The position numbers and the translations under genes were made by a program. DNA of 63,242 nt, counting the filler, from Rhabdomonas costata (lineage: Eukaryota): the NCBI GenBank assembly GCA_019059605.1. It is 36 parts of 36 records of this genome, joined end to end, with 100 filler letters (N's around TTAATTAATTAA, not from the genome) between each part and the next. Parts side by side here need not be neighbours in the genome. Positions count along the whole stretch, not along the records: positions 1 to 1,658 come from JAHMHO010011126.1; positions 1,759 to 3,418 come from JAHMHO010011127.1; positions 3,519 to 5,178 come from JAHMHO010011128.1; positions 5,279 to 6,938 come from JAHMHO010011129.1; positions 7,039 to 8,698 come from JAHMHO010011130.1; positions 8,799 to 10,458 come from JAHMHO010011131.1; positions 10,559 to 12,217 come from JAHMHO010011132.1; 29 more parts are not named here. One strand, given 5' to 3'. Shown piece by piece: positions 1 through 12,212 of the stretch; the first letter of the stretch is position 1; every line of letters begins with the position of its first letter. The notes below the pieces were generated by a model. The model had not been told where the DNA came from, ran no database searches, and saw only the letters and a list, made by a program, of their open reading frames with translations.

Positions 1-152
1 TGTTTTGTGGTCTCAATTCAGATGTCTTCAGTTGTTTGCAGTGGCGAAGTCAACAAAATCAGTGTGTCTTCGGTGTGTTTCCCTGGTCGTGTCTGGCGAA
101 AATCAGAAACAGGATTTTCGCTTTTTGGTTTCGCTTAGAGCCTTTGCATCAG

Positions 153-1245
153 GTGGCAATTGTCATCCTCAACATTGGCTTCGGGTACCAGCAGTGCTTT
201 CCATTACACCGTTACATCAGGTAACCCACTACACAATATGCCTCAATGCGTGTGAGTGCTTACCTGGGATGCTTTGGCACATCTGAGTAGCAGTGGGCAA
301 CTTAGCGTCAGGGCCCCTTGAGCGAAGCGAGTGGGTTATCGGCATCTGTTTGGGAATTCTTTACTCTGATTGTCTCTTCGTTCGCTTCACAGCTGTCACG
401 GTTATACGGTGAATCCGACCTACGGCAGCGGTTTGTGACCGCACGTGCCTTGCGCACAGGGAAGACATGGAAGGAAGCAACTGAGGCCTTCCCGAGCGCT
501 GGCGCGGGCGGTTGGATGGTTGGTTTTTTGTGAATGTGTTGTGGGTGCTATCGTAAACCCTCGGCTGCGTTGACCCTTTTTTAACCCCAACTTTTGAACT
601 TATTTACCTCCCTTTTTTCCCAGCAGCTTCGCAAGGGCCCGCATGCAGTGCTACCTTCTGCGTCCCGGGGGCAGACCAAAGTTGGCCGGAAGTTGAAGCT
701 CGTTCCTTGACATGATCAAAAAATTTCGGAAAATTTTGAACACGCACCTTCAAGAGCGGTTCATGCAACCACATACTAATCAACAACTAGTAAACAATCA
801 GAAAGTTTATGCCAGCATGCCAGCAAAAACAGAAGCATTCCCCGTTTTTTCCCGAAACCTCCAGCTTTCTGGACCATCCGTTGATATTTACAATTGGGAA
901 AACGGCGTGCCCATCAATGGGGCGGCGTCTCCCTCCGGGTCGCTCTATTTTTTTTCTTTTGTTTTCGCCAGTGCTGAGCTAGTGGCAAGAGTACCCCAGC
1001 CGAGCACGCTCACTACTTACAAAGGGAGGGGAAGGCGGTGCACGGAGCAGGGTACCAGCCCGCAAAGCAAGGGCCTCCTGCAAGCCTGCTTTTGAGAAGG
1101 AGCCTTGGTCAGATTGAACTTTCAGCATTATTTTTTTCGTCGTTTTTTAGGGTTTCAAGTATCATCATCAAGACAGATGTTCTTTGTAATTCTGGAACCA
1201 CTGGAAAATATTAGAGTTTTCTTCATTTCAGGTGAATTACAGTAG
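153..1245 (+). CDS. Possible 3' exons of a hypothetical protein (153-220, 1151-1185, 1232-1245): VAIVILNIGFGYQQCFPLHRYIRVSSIIIKTDVLCELQ*
   Basis: Phase-compatible AG/GT boundaries only; no recognisable motif. Confidence 0.25.
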
Positions 1246-1658
1246 CATCAAACTTGGTGTACTGATTACAGCATTAATTCAGGCCCAAGAATATTTGAAC
1301 ACAAGAACTGCAAAAGAAACTATTGAAATATAAGGACTTGAAATGTACACATCCAAAAAAAAATTGCACACCATGGCCGGGAACACAAAAATGCAATTAA
1401 GTAAGGAACTACAAATCGCGCAAGCACTAATTTTGTGTCATGTTGTCTCAAATGGTTAAAATGTCATTTGAACTTGCAAAGGACTGCGGTGTTTAGCTAA
1501 ACGGTGAGAGTACGCCCAATAATAAGGAGTCGAGAGGTGGGCCTCAGCAGTGACGTTTTGCCTACAAAAAATAGTGAAATGGCTGATAATAGTAATACAG
1601 ATAGAGACCGGGTTCCTCCTCTCGACTCCTTATTATTGGGCGTACTCTCACCAAAAAC

Positions 1659-1758
1659 NNNNNNNNNNNNNNNNNNNNNNNNNNNNNNNNNNNNNNNNNN
1701 NNTTAATTAATTAANNNNNNNNNNNNNNNNNNNNNNNNNNNNNNNNNNNNNNNNNNNN
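1659..1758. other. Artificial contig linker N44-TTAATTAATTAA-N44 (first of 35 linkers, spaced about 1760 nt apart, last at 61485-61584)
   Basis: Identical 100-nt block with a six-frame stop core; flanking contigs are all about 1657-1680 nt and unrelated in content. Confidence 0.99.
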
Positions 1759-1813
1759 CTGCGCCGCTGCATTTCCTGCCCGTTGTGCAAGCTACAGCTC
1801 CTGAGTGTTTCAG

Positions 1814-1890
1814 GTGAGGCCCCAGGACTGCGGGAGGGAGGCGAAGGTTCGGCGGTCGACGACAGCGATGACGAGGATGAAGATTTGTGA
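1814..1890 (+). CDS. Possible terminal exon with acidic tail (EAPGLREGGEGSAVDDSDDEDEDL*)
   Basis: tttcag acceptor, coding-like composition, TGA stop. Confidence 0.3.
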
Positions 1891-3564
1891 CCTGGAAGGG
1901 CACTTATGCTTGCGGCGGTTGTTTCCAACCAGCCCCTTTTCCCTGCGCCATCGGCACCTTCGATTGCCTGATGTAAACTTTGATGATGGGTTTCGCTCTC
2001 TCGCTCTGCCACATTGCACAATCGCCTTCCTTTTACATGGGTGATATCACTGTACCTTACAAAGTACTTACATCGGTATACGGTGGACCGCGGAATGAAG
2101 AATGGCGGTTGGACTATTCAATGCCAAGACCCTGAAACCACCAGGATGCATAAGATGATAACTAGTGCTGCTGCACACCAGAGATCCGCCCTGCCAACGC
2201 TCAGCGCTCACCCCATTATAAATTAACCGAATCAGAATCGGATTGTAACATGCGAACAAGGTAGTCAAACCCAGCCGTGATCCTCAGGCGTCGAGATGTG
2301 CCCCATTTTTGTCCCGCAGAGAACTGGTCTTTAGCAAAGGAACGGGGTGTTTCTCAGAGGCGAAGCCGTTTGCTCTCCCAAAAGCGATTGAAATAAGACG
2401 CTTGACATGATGAGGCAACGAAATTATTTTGCTCCTGTTGGGATGCGGGGTCACCGCACATAAAACCCAAGCTTTTGCCTTCCCCTGCGTTGAGCCATAC
2501 TTCCTCTGTGCCTTCGTTCGGTTTGAGGCGCCGTCCAACTGTCTTGCTTCTGATACTTTGTCAGGCGCAATGTCCTTGCCTTTGTTCGTCAAATTGTGTT
2601 TGCGGGCGTTTCAGACTTCTACCCCCCGCCCCCCGATCGTGGTAAACAGCCGCCCCAATTGCCTCTTCGGAGTCACACGGCGGCCCAAAAAGAACCCGAG
2701 TCCACACACCGAGTACCCACACAAAGAGGCCGGCTAACAATCATCCTCAGAGCATTGCGCGACGATAAGCCATGAAAAAGGGGCGCCCCAAACTTGAAAA
2801 AACGAACCTGACAACAACGTCTTTCATGAACTGAAAATCAAGCTTTTTTCAACGGAAACACATAGAGTTCTGCCGCAAAAACCATTTACGAAAAAGGAAA
2901 AAAAAAACCAAAAGAGTACCAAGAAGTATGCAAAAGAATGAATATTTTCGAAATGGCTTACCCATTATTGGCGCGGCTTCTACCATTGGGTCGCTCTATT
3001 TTTGCTTTTGCTTTCGCTGGGCTTTGGGCGCTAGTTTCCCGGCCGAATGCTCACCATAACATTGAAGGAGCATCGGCTGCCCCGTGGGCCCCATGCCCCG
3101 TCACTACGTTTTTTGGCACTGGGATCCATTACATCTAAGATTGCCCCCATCACACATCTTTCTTACACCCATGGTTCACCCTACGTTTGCTCGGATGGTG
3201 GTAAGGGAGCGTAAGCGGTGAAGCGACTGAACCATCACATTTAGGGGGCCAACGCGCAACAGCAAGTATGCAAGCCTCACTCTTTTTTCTTCATAGATAA
3301 GGGATAGTGATGGTGAAAGAGGATGCCGACTTAAGTTAAGACATTTAGGGAGCATACGACCAGAAGGGGTATGCGACCATAACTCTCCTTTACGCCCCTG
3401 CGTGGACCCCCCACCCCCNNNNNNNNNNNNNNNNNNNNNNNNNNNNNNNNNNNNNNNNNNNNTTAATTAATTAANNNNNNNNNNNNNNNNNNNNNNNNNN
3501 NNNNNNNNNNNNNNNNNNGTGGTGTTGTCGCAGAGCAGGTCAGGTTACCCCTTGTGTTACGCAG

Positions 3565-5178
3565 ATGGAGGAGGTGGCGGAGATGAACCTGGATGTGGTG
3601 GAGCAGAAACACAGCCGGTTCAAAGAGATCGCGGACATTCAGGCCTTCTTTGGGACGATGGTGGAGAAGCTAATGGTACTTGGTGCATTCAAAGTGGGTG
3701 TCTGGGAACTTACGTGAAACGAGCTTCCAGTGCTAAGCCACCTTGTTCTATTTAAGGAAGATTTTAAGAGTTTAGGTTAGTTTTGGTTTTGTCGGCAAAA
3801 AAGTACCAACCACACCGACACGCAATAAACACCACCGCCAGAAACTCCACTGCGGAATTACCAGCACATTTCAGGGTGTTACCTATTGCAGTATGCTTTA
3901 AAACGGGGTCTGGTAAGTCGTGTCGCTGGACCTCACTGGCAAAGGGTTTTCATCTTTGTTTGGGGAGTGGAGTTGTCTCTTCTCCCAAAGCGACCGAGCC
4001 CTACTGCGGGGATGTAGCTGAGGAACTTACGTGCATTTTTGACGTGTTTTGACGTGGGAGGGGGTATATTGAGAGGGGAGCTTGGGGTCTATTGATGGCT
4101 ACAACGATCGCTTAGCAATGAGGCAACGGCAGCACAGGTCCCTCCTTGTCATGCGGCCAGCAAGTGTACGCACCCTCGCAGCAAGGGTACGTACCCCGCA
4201 GCCACCAAAGGTATGTACTCTCGCACCCAGAAGGAACTTCCAGTGCGTTGACGCAGCGCGGACCGACCAGAGTGAGGCGTTTCCTAGGGCTGTGCAACAT
4301 AGTTTCCTGTGTTTTTCCGTGGTGTTCCCTCCATTTCTCACTGTTTCCTGTTGGTTTCCGACGCTGTGGCTTTCAAATGTGCCTTCAGCAAGATTTCAGT
4401 TTTTCCCGAGGGTGGGGGGAATATTGACCCTTTTTTCGTAATTTTCTGGAGCAATCGGTACTTCTTGATAATCTTCATGTTTCGGTAAGAAGTGGTTCTG
4501 GCGAAGCGGAAGTTAATTCCTCCCTTGCCCGGCTCAGCCCCCCCGAGTTTTATTAGGGTGCGTTAGAGGATTGCATTTGCTAACAGGAATGCATTTGGAG
4601 GTACCTGACACAGCTTACCTGAGAATGGAACATCGCAACCGCTTGGTTGATCAGCACCCCCAAACGCTTAGTAGTGCTGAACTTAGCATCACCCACCTAT
4701 TCGGCCGCGCCGTGAGCCTTGCCTCGGCCTCCAAAATAAACCTGTCCGCCAAAAGCGCGTAGCCGGAGATTAAGAGACTGAGAGTGAAAATTGTTGCCAG
4801 TGGTATACCACTAGTTTGGTCTGGAATTTTCTAATATGAAGAATCAGCTGTAAACGTTTATCGCTCCCGCCCCCGCCCTGTCGTCGTGAAAATATCCGCT
4901 GCTTCCCTGTTCGTAGGAGTTCAGAGCCTACCTCCCCGAGGCTGTGCTGGGGGATAGCAATGGCCAGACCCCGTGCCTGGATGACCAAGCTCCCCCTCCC
5001 GAGCCCTCGCCGACCTCACAGCAGGCAGCGGAGAACTCTGCGCGGCGGAACAGCAAGCACTCCAGGGTGCAGCCCTCGGAGTCCACCGAGGGCCTCGGCC
5101 ATGAGGGCTCGAACGACAACCTTGCCGACCATGGTCCCCACCACTTCCCTGCGCAGACGCACAAAAACACACCCACCC
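3565..5178 (+). CDS. HAMP-like/coiled linker preceding a class III adenylate/guanylate cyclase (exons 3565-3675 and 4917 to contig end)
   Basis: Phase-0 GT-AG splice gives MEEVAEMNLDVVEQKHSRFKEIADIQAFFGTMVEKLM|EFRAYLPEAVL, a HAMP-type EIxxxxxxFxxM helix followed by the F/Y-R-x-Y-L-P motif that precedes class III cyclase domains. The catalytic domain is not on the contig. Confidence 0.7.
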
Positions 5179-5278
5179 NNNNNNNNNNNNNNNNNNNNNN
5201 NNNNNNNNNNNNNNNNNNNNNNTTAATTAATTAANNNNNNNNNNNNNNNNNNNNNNNNNNNNNNNNNNNNNNNNNNNN

Positions 5279-6500
5279 GGGTTGTGGTTCGTAATCAAAG
5301 GTAACATGGAGAAAAAGGGGTGAGCGCTGTTGTGGGTAGTGCCCATAAGAGGAACAAAAGTCAGTTTGTTCACGTCGGTTGAACATAATATGGAGTGGAC
5401 GGCATAACCCCGCAAGTCAGCCGGGGCCAAACTCTTATACCAAAGCTGGAGAAAGTGGTTGGCGGGGAAAGAGTGGGCTGTGTTGCGAGCGGAATGGTGT
5501 GCAAAAGGACGTCAAAAGGCATTTTCAAACTGGGAGTAAAGCGACGAGGTACGGGAAGGAGGTGAAGGGTATGGTAGCGCGAGGGACGGCGCCGTTTCAT
5601 CAGACTCACGTTCTGAGGCTGGGGCTTGCAGTAGAGGTGGCCGAAGTGCGGGCGCTTCAGAAGCCATCCGACAATCTGAACTTCCTTACGTCTCCAATCC
5701 GTCCATGGCTAATTTCGTTGCGGTAGGGTGTCGGCCTACACGACAGAAATGCGGTTGTAACTCGAAAATCACATTGGCCAACCGCACTGCCCGGAGATGC
5801 TTCAGTCTTACCCGCGGTAGCTGAAGGTCCTTTACAAGGTTGACACTGATGAAACAGTCCGAAGCGCCCGAATCCAGAAGGGCAAGGACGTTTACCAAAG
5901 GTACGATATACCAAAAGCAATGGTCTGGCGCTGGTGGATAGTGTTGGTCATGGCCACCATCTGCTCGATTTACTTGTTCATGTGGCACAGAAGGTTGGTT
6001 TTGGATACAGGTAATGCCCGACGCCCACCGGATGGAACGGGTGCATCTTGCAATTCGCTTGTTGGCTACCGGGCAGTGAGCCGTTGGCACAGCTTTGCAC
6101 GTCTAAAGCCGCAGCTGCCCACTTTCCCTGGTCGCAAAACACGAAACAGTGAGAGTGGGTTGCCCAAGGGGGGCTCTTCCTTCCCTTCAAGCGGCAGAGA
6201 CTCCGGCTTGCATTTTCGAGGTGGTTCCAAAGCGACGCAACGCACGTTAGTCGGGGGGCTGATGAGGGTACAAACGTCGCTTCTCGCAAACGCCTGTGTT
6301 TGTAAGGAAAGTGATGTCTTGGTGGAAACTTCCGACATCCATGTCATTGTAGTACCGCACGTTGATGACAGTGCTGGTCGGTTTCAATCACATTTCCCGC
6401 TTTTTTCGGTGTGCACTCCGTCCGACTCACACCTGGTAATTTCTCTGACGACTCCACCACACGAACTGGACTACTCTACAATGCGCAACACTCGCAAGGA
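5279..6500 (-). mobile_element. Decayed Ty3/Gypsy-like LTR retrotransposon fragment (protease plus reverse transcriptase remnant)
   Basis: Aspartic protease motif VNVLALLDSGASDCFIS...VRLAN (about 5780-5900); downstream DLRGY...DVNKLTFVPLMG resembles the RT motif DLxxGY...DxxKTAFxTPxG. Frameshifted. Confidence 0.75.
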
Positions 6501-6581
6501 AGCAGGAAGCTTTTTGGAACTCATCGTTAGACGGTGATGGTAGGTGTGCTCCTGACGACTCGTTCAACACTGAAACATCTC

Positions 6582-6640
6582 CGGTACTGGTACTGGTACT
6601 GGTACTGGTACTGGTACTGGTACGGGTACTGGTACTGGTA
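6582..6640. repeat. (TACTGG)n hexamer microsatellite, about 9 units
   Basis: Directly visible; explains the WYWYWY and TSTSTS ORF-track peptides. Confidence 0.95.
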
Positions 6641-6811
6641 CGATACATTGTGTGTGACTCTCCCCTGTTCACACAACTACACGCTCCTATCTCACAGGTG
6701 GTGTGGGGATTGTACTCTTTTCGGGATACAGGCGCCAATCTCCCACCACCTGTGAGGTAGGAGCGTGTAGTTGTGTGAACAGGGGAGAGTCACACACAAT
6801 GTATCGTACCA
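6636..6811. repeat. 68-bp inverted repeat (6636-6703 / 6744-6811, one mismatch, 40-nt spacer); MITE/fold-back-like
   Basis: tggtacgatacattgtgtgtgactctcccctg...caggtggtg is the reverse complement of caccacctg...gtatcgtacca. Confidence 0.9.
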
Positions 6812-7039
6812 ATACACCAGATCGCACCACGAGACAACGAAGAGCCATGCAACAAATAACGGATCATATGAGAATACATGCACATGAAGAACACAGAAGC
6901 ACCATTTACATGAAGACCGCGCAACACCACCCCCCACANNNNNNNNNNNNNNNNNNNNNNNNNNNNNNNNNNNNNNNNNNNNTTAATTAATTAANNNNNN
7001 NNNNNNNNNNNNNNNNNNNNNNNNNNNNNNNNNNNNNNT

Positions 7040-8698
7040 TTTGGTGGTAGCTACGACAATAACGTCAGCACTTCCATTTCGGCTGTGCTCAACACCTCTG
7101 GGCTTGCATTCATTGGAGGCATTCCAAGCGACACATTAGCGGCTTCCACCGCTGTGAGCATGAACGTTATCCGGGTTCGCGCCAGCTACGTGGATGAAAT
7201 GAATGCCCTTGTGAACTACGCCACGAGTGTTCTGGGCCTCACTCTGTTCTCGGTCATTTGCAGCGACAACAGCTTTGGTGAGCAAGGCCTTTCCGCTCTT
7301 CGGCTTGCCCTTCAAGCCGTGAATCTTCAGCTGCTGAGCAGTGGGAATCTCTCGATATCCATTGATGCTTCGCTGAGCTCGCTGCTCAACGGTGCCAAGC
7401 CCTTCACACCGGAAGTAATAGTGGTGTGGGCAGATGGCCGCAGCGCTGCCGCCATTGTTCAAGCTGCAAAAGGGGTACTTCCGGCGAGTGTTGTGTACCT
7501 TTGTCCCTCTGTGGTTGGGGACAACTTCACCAGCTCGCCGTGGAGCAACACCAGCAACGTGTACCTCAGTCAAGTTGTACCGCTCATCTCAGATTCGAGA
7601 TATGTGGTTCAGGAGTATCGAGCGGGGATGAATGCCGTGAGCTCGGGTGTGAGGCTCTCCGCGACGTCTTTTGAGGCATACATTTCGGCCCGGCTTGCGA
7701 TTTCTGCCCTACAGAGCGTTCGAGGAATCCTTTCCGATTTTGCCACTCTCCGCCCAGGCCAGCTTCTCGACATCTTTTACAAGGCGCGATTCTTTATGCT
7801 CAGCGATCTTGTCGTGGGGCCCTATCTTGTGACCTGCAACCAAGGCCTTCGGCAGGTTTGGTTGACTCAGGCGAGCAGTGGGGGTGTTCTTCAGAACTTG
7901 GGCAGCAACGGGGTGTTCTCATTTGGGTCGCGTCCTTGTTCCAGTGATGCCTCGACGTTTGCAACGAAGTATCTTGTGTTTGGAGAGTCGGCGGACTTCA
8001 GCGGCCCCTTCAAGACCGCGGGTATTGCTGTTCGAGCTGGCATCCAGGCAGCATTTTCCGAAGTCAACCGGCAAGGTGGCATTGGAGGATACCGCCTCAG
8101 GCTGATTTCGATTGACGATGGGTACGTCACTGCGATTACAGTCAGCAACACCTATGCACTTATCAGGCTTGGGTGCTTTGCTCTCATTGGATATCTTGGC
8201 ACAGGGCAGTCCACTGCTGCCGCGGGCATTGCGCTTGCGGCGAAGATACCATTCATTGGAGCATATACCGGTACCACAGATTTACGCGTACCAAATGGCT
8301 ACACCATCAACATCCGAGCAAGCTACGTGGATGAGGTGTTTGCTTTGATCAACCACGCCACAGGTGCGATGGGGCTGACGAAGGTTTCAATATTCTTTCA
8401 GGCAGGAAGCTTTGGAGAGCAAGGGCTGAATGCCGCGGTGAGGGCTCTAGCAGCCACCAACCTTCCCTTGCTGAGCAATGGCAGCTACGTGGGCGGGACG
8501 ACAGCGGTAACAAGTGGCCTGAATGCCATCATTTCAGGAGCGTACCCGTTTGTTCCAGAGGCGGTGCTGATTTTTGGGGCTCCTTTGCCAGCGATTCAAT
8601 TTGTGCAGGAGGCTCAGGAGTTCCTGCCCAACACCACGGTGTACCTCTGTGCCTCCCCGGTTGGGGACACCTTTGCGAACTCCTTTTCCCACCCCCAC
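7040..8698 (+). CDS. Tandem type-1 periplasmic-binding (Venus flytrap, LIV-BP-like) receptor ectodomain, partial; receptor adenylate cyclase- or kinase-like
   Basis: Frame is open across the whole contig. Motifs RASYVDE, SFGEQGL, FxPE and VYLCxSxVGDxF each occur twice. FGESADFSGP...GIQAAFSEVNRQGGIGGYRLRLISIDDGY is a typical PBP1 N-terminus. DLVVGPY..CNQG resembles trypanosomatid receptor-cyclase ectodomains. Confidence 0.88.
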
Positions 8699-10091
8699 NN
8701 NNNNNNNNNNNNNNNNNNNNNNNNNNNNNNNNNNNNNNNNNNTTAATTAATTAANNNNNNNNNNNNNNNNNNNNNNNNNNNNNNNNNNNNNNNNNNNNTT
8801 TGTTGGTGACCACACGGGTACTGGTGAGAGGTACCGTTGGAGCGAACGGTGCCGTGGGTAACCAGCTCACCGCCAAACGTTCCACATATGGTAGCTCCAT
8901 GGGTCCCGGGCCTTTGTCACGCAGCTCTTTTCCGGCGGCTACCTGCATTGCTCCACTGCTGCTCCGGTCTCTGCGACTCCACACTCTTCCTAGGGGGCTG
9001 GGGCTTTTTCTCGCGGGAACGACCCTTGGAGCTTTAATTTCGGGTGGATAAACGGGAAGGATCGGTATCTACAGGCGTTGCCGTGCCAGCACATCACTCT
9101 ATGGCTGGGTTGCGGGCTATTCCTGCCTTCTTCCGCTGAAGCTCCTTTACCTCGGGGTTGCCTGACTCTTTGCCCTGGAGCGTCTGCGAGTACTGTCGAT
9201 GCCAGTTGGTGGCAGCAGAAGGGCTCTGATTTCTTGCGATGTGTGTGCGCGCGCAGGAACCTTCTCGTGACGGGTGAATGAATACACTGGGGTGCTACTT
9301 TTCTTCTGCCCTTCACCCCCACCCAACGCACCCAACAACCCAACGGGCAGATAAACGCAGCACACAGAAATATTAACATCGCATCAGTACGCTTCAGTTT
9401 CGACTGCTATTCGACGTTCTTTCAACTTAATGGGTGTTCCTACTTTGGTTGGAATTTTATGTAACTTCTTCCGAGCCATCAACAAAGTCGGGAGAGACGT
9501 CTCCGCAATGGGGCTGTGGCCCTAAAGGTCCTCCAGGTCTCATTCACCACCAAAGTAAAATGCGCAGAATGCAAGGGTGTATGACAATAGCATGTCTTGT
9601 CTACCAGAAACATTCAATCTTCCCGGCTAAACAGATACAGACCGCTTATCCAGATTTTCTTGCCCACGCCGTTTTCGCAGTGGTAGGGATAGGTACAAAG
9701 CCGTGGGGCAGGGCCATCGGCCCGGTTTCGAATGTGAGTTTTCGAACCCTGAGTGAAAAAGATTCCCACTCTTCTTCCAAAATATGACACTGACCACAAC
9801 CCCATTTGGACCATTCGAACCGGCACCCACCGGGCAACTGCGCTATTCCAAGCATTCTGCAAGAGGTGATGGACGGTCCGAGAGACCACAATAGGTAAAA
9901 GGGCACCGCGTTTTTTGTTCCGAGTTACCATTGATAACATGTATTACTGATGTCGGGTCCCCAAGATCAAGATTGATGACAGTTTCATTGGTGACCTGTC
10001 ACTCCTCTGCGCTCCGCTGACCAAGATCCAAGCGCCATTCTTACGGCTTCTAACCATCTTAGACCCGTTGTATATGTTTTGGATTCGCTGC

Positions 10092-10449
10092 GATTCTGCT
10101 GTATTTGAGAACCATTGGAACCGGGACCCACTGATACCCACCCGCATACACGTCCCTTGCGTTACGCACGAAACCCTCAGGTGGATTCAAACGGGCATGA
10201 CACATAGGCTTGGAGGCACTGGCGATGCCAAAAAAATATGTTAATGCGTTCCTAATTACTCCCAATGGAACATGTGAGTTTGAGGACGAGCATATTTTCA
10301 ACGTTTGTAAAAGAAGCTTGACGTCACGGTTGCGCAGAAAGCGAAAATCCACAGAAGGGAAACTACATGGTCACGCCGTGCAACAGTCACACAAAACGGG
10401 GGGGTATCAGTGGGTCCCGGTTCCAATGGTTCTCAAATACAGCAGAATC
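10092..10449. repeat. 48-bp perfect inverted repeat (10092-10139 / 10402-10449) at contig end; probable amplification fold-back
   Basis: Perfect reverse complement; second arm ends 9 nt from the contig end. Confidence 0.85.
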
Positions 10450-11344
10450 CCAACAAAANNNNNNNNNNNNNNNNNNNNNNNNNNNNNNNNNNNNNNNNNN
10501 NNTTAATTAATTAANNNNNNNNNNNNNNNNNNNNNNNNNNNNNNNNNNNNNNNNNNNNCGAGTCCGATTCTTTGGGGCGTTTTTTGGACAGCTTTTTGTT
10601 TTTACTTACCACTCACCACAGATTACTTTTTGTTCTGTTAGGGTTAGGGTCTGTTGCTAGTATTAGAATTCCCAGGAATTGCGGCGTGAGCAAAGATCGA
10701 GCAGGTGCGGGGCGGGGACCCGCATTCTTGGGCTTCGGAGGGTATGTACGTAATTCTGAGCAATTCACGGAGCACGCTTTGAAGATCTTTTGTCGGAATT
10801 CCATACCAGCATGCTTCACCCCTGAAAATCCGTCGAGTCAGATTGCTGAGCGGCGTGCGTTGGCGCCAGTGGAGAGGATGGTGAGGATGTGGTTCACGCG
10901 TGACTGTTGCTCACGAGAAATTGTCATGCCAGGATTCTACAGCAAGGAAGTCTCCAACGCTGAACAACCCCAACAAGGCTGCCCTTTTGGACATTGTGCT
11001 CTGGCTTCCTGGAGATCCTTAATAAGGATTCTCCTTCTGTGTCCCTTGAATTTCCCCTTTTTAGGGCGGGGATTTCCTCTTCTTGTTCGGCGGGTGGAGA
11101 CAACTTCCCAGTGGAGTTAGTCAGACCTCCAACCGTCTGCATCGGTACAACCTGGTACAGTTCCTTACCTAGTTTTTACTTTCAGACCCATTTTTGTCTC
11201 CGCAGTGCTTTGCTTCCGTTTAATGTTCGACCAAATTTGTGTGCCGCTAAAAGAGCACGTGTTGCCTATGCATTCAGTTGAGTGCTTGAACCGCGATGGC
11301 GGTAGTCGGTCTCTCAGTGGCTGCTGTCCGATCTCGTCCGGTTC

Positions 11345-12171
11345 AGGTAACTCGGGAACTGGCACTGTTGGACGTTGCGGTCAACGGAGTCCCTCCAAGG
11401 ACCAGGTGGGAACCTCTCCCCGAGCACCAGATATCCTGAGAGCAACGCTGTTGTGTGAGACGCACCACACTCTCTGCAACCTTTCCCTTGCCCAAACACC
11501 CCTCCCATTTGCTGGTCGACATATCACTCCTCTCCTTCTCTGTGCCACATCTCCTCCGAGGTCAATAGTTTTTCGCGTCAAGGATCAAGGTCGCTTTTTT
11601 CTTGACTAAGGCTTGCGGCCCCGTTTGTACTATTGGCACCCGTTTGTGCGTGCATGCCCTGTGTCTTCGGGGAACCACTTGTTCTTTGTTTGCTGCTTGC
11701 TGCTTGATGTTTTCACGGCCTCTCTTCGCTCTGAAACTCGATCTGTGACAAACAACAGCCGTGTTAGAGCCCCCCCAATTTCCCTCCAGACAAAACTCGC
11801 ATTGTCCCAACAACATAAAACATGAACAACAGAGTAATGTAATATAATTGAAGTATGCTGGTTTGAGGTGAGGCAGTTTTGCACCTGATGCACCCTACCT
11901 GCTGTTTGTTCGTTCTCCGGATCCGACAGGGGACAGGCCATGATCTCCTGTGGGCCCTCCACTTTGCTGCTCTTTGGGGGCCTGGATGAGCGTTCTGGAA
12001 TGATGTTTAATACCCTCTTCGAGCTCTCTTTGCCCGAAGAGTGGCTGAGGCACTGCGACACGACAGCTGGGGACACCCCTGAGGTGCCCTGCAGGGGAAA
12101 GGCGGTGGCCTCCTCCTCCTCCTTATCGTCGTGTGCGTCTTCTTCCTCGGGCTCCACCGAGTGTGGCTCGT
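11345..12171 (-). CDS. Possible last two exons of a low-complexity hypothetical protein (...EEEDAHDDKEEEE...GRVHQ | DIWCSGRG...SRVT*)
   Basis: Open acidic/Ser-rich frame with a phase-0 GT-AG join; no domain recognised. Confidence 0.3.
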
Positions 12172-12212
12172 CCACTCTTCGGGCAAAGAGAGCTCGAAGA
12201 GGGTATTAAACA
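12004..12212. repeat. 41-bp perfect inverted repeat (12004-12044 / 12172-12212) at contig end; probable amplification fold-back
   Basis: Perfect reverse complement ending 5 nt from the contig end. Confidence 0.85.

Noticed and set aside
1484..1545. tRNA-like 5' half (gcggtgtttagctaaacggtgagag)
   Set aside because: No T-arm, no pairing anticodon stem and no acceptor-stem partner.
4160..4230. Short degenerate ~21-nt repeat with a gtatgt donor as an extra cyclase exon
   Set aside because: Inclusion would shift the frame and break the KLM|EFRAYLP helix.
7040..8698. Plain bacterial contaminant ABC substrate-binding protein
   Set aside because: Tandem duplication, the CNQG motif and glycosylation sequons favour a eukaryotic receptor; not fully excluded without binning.
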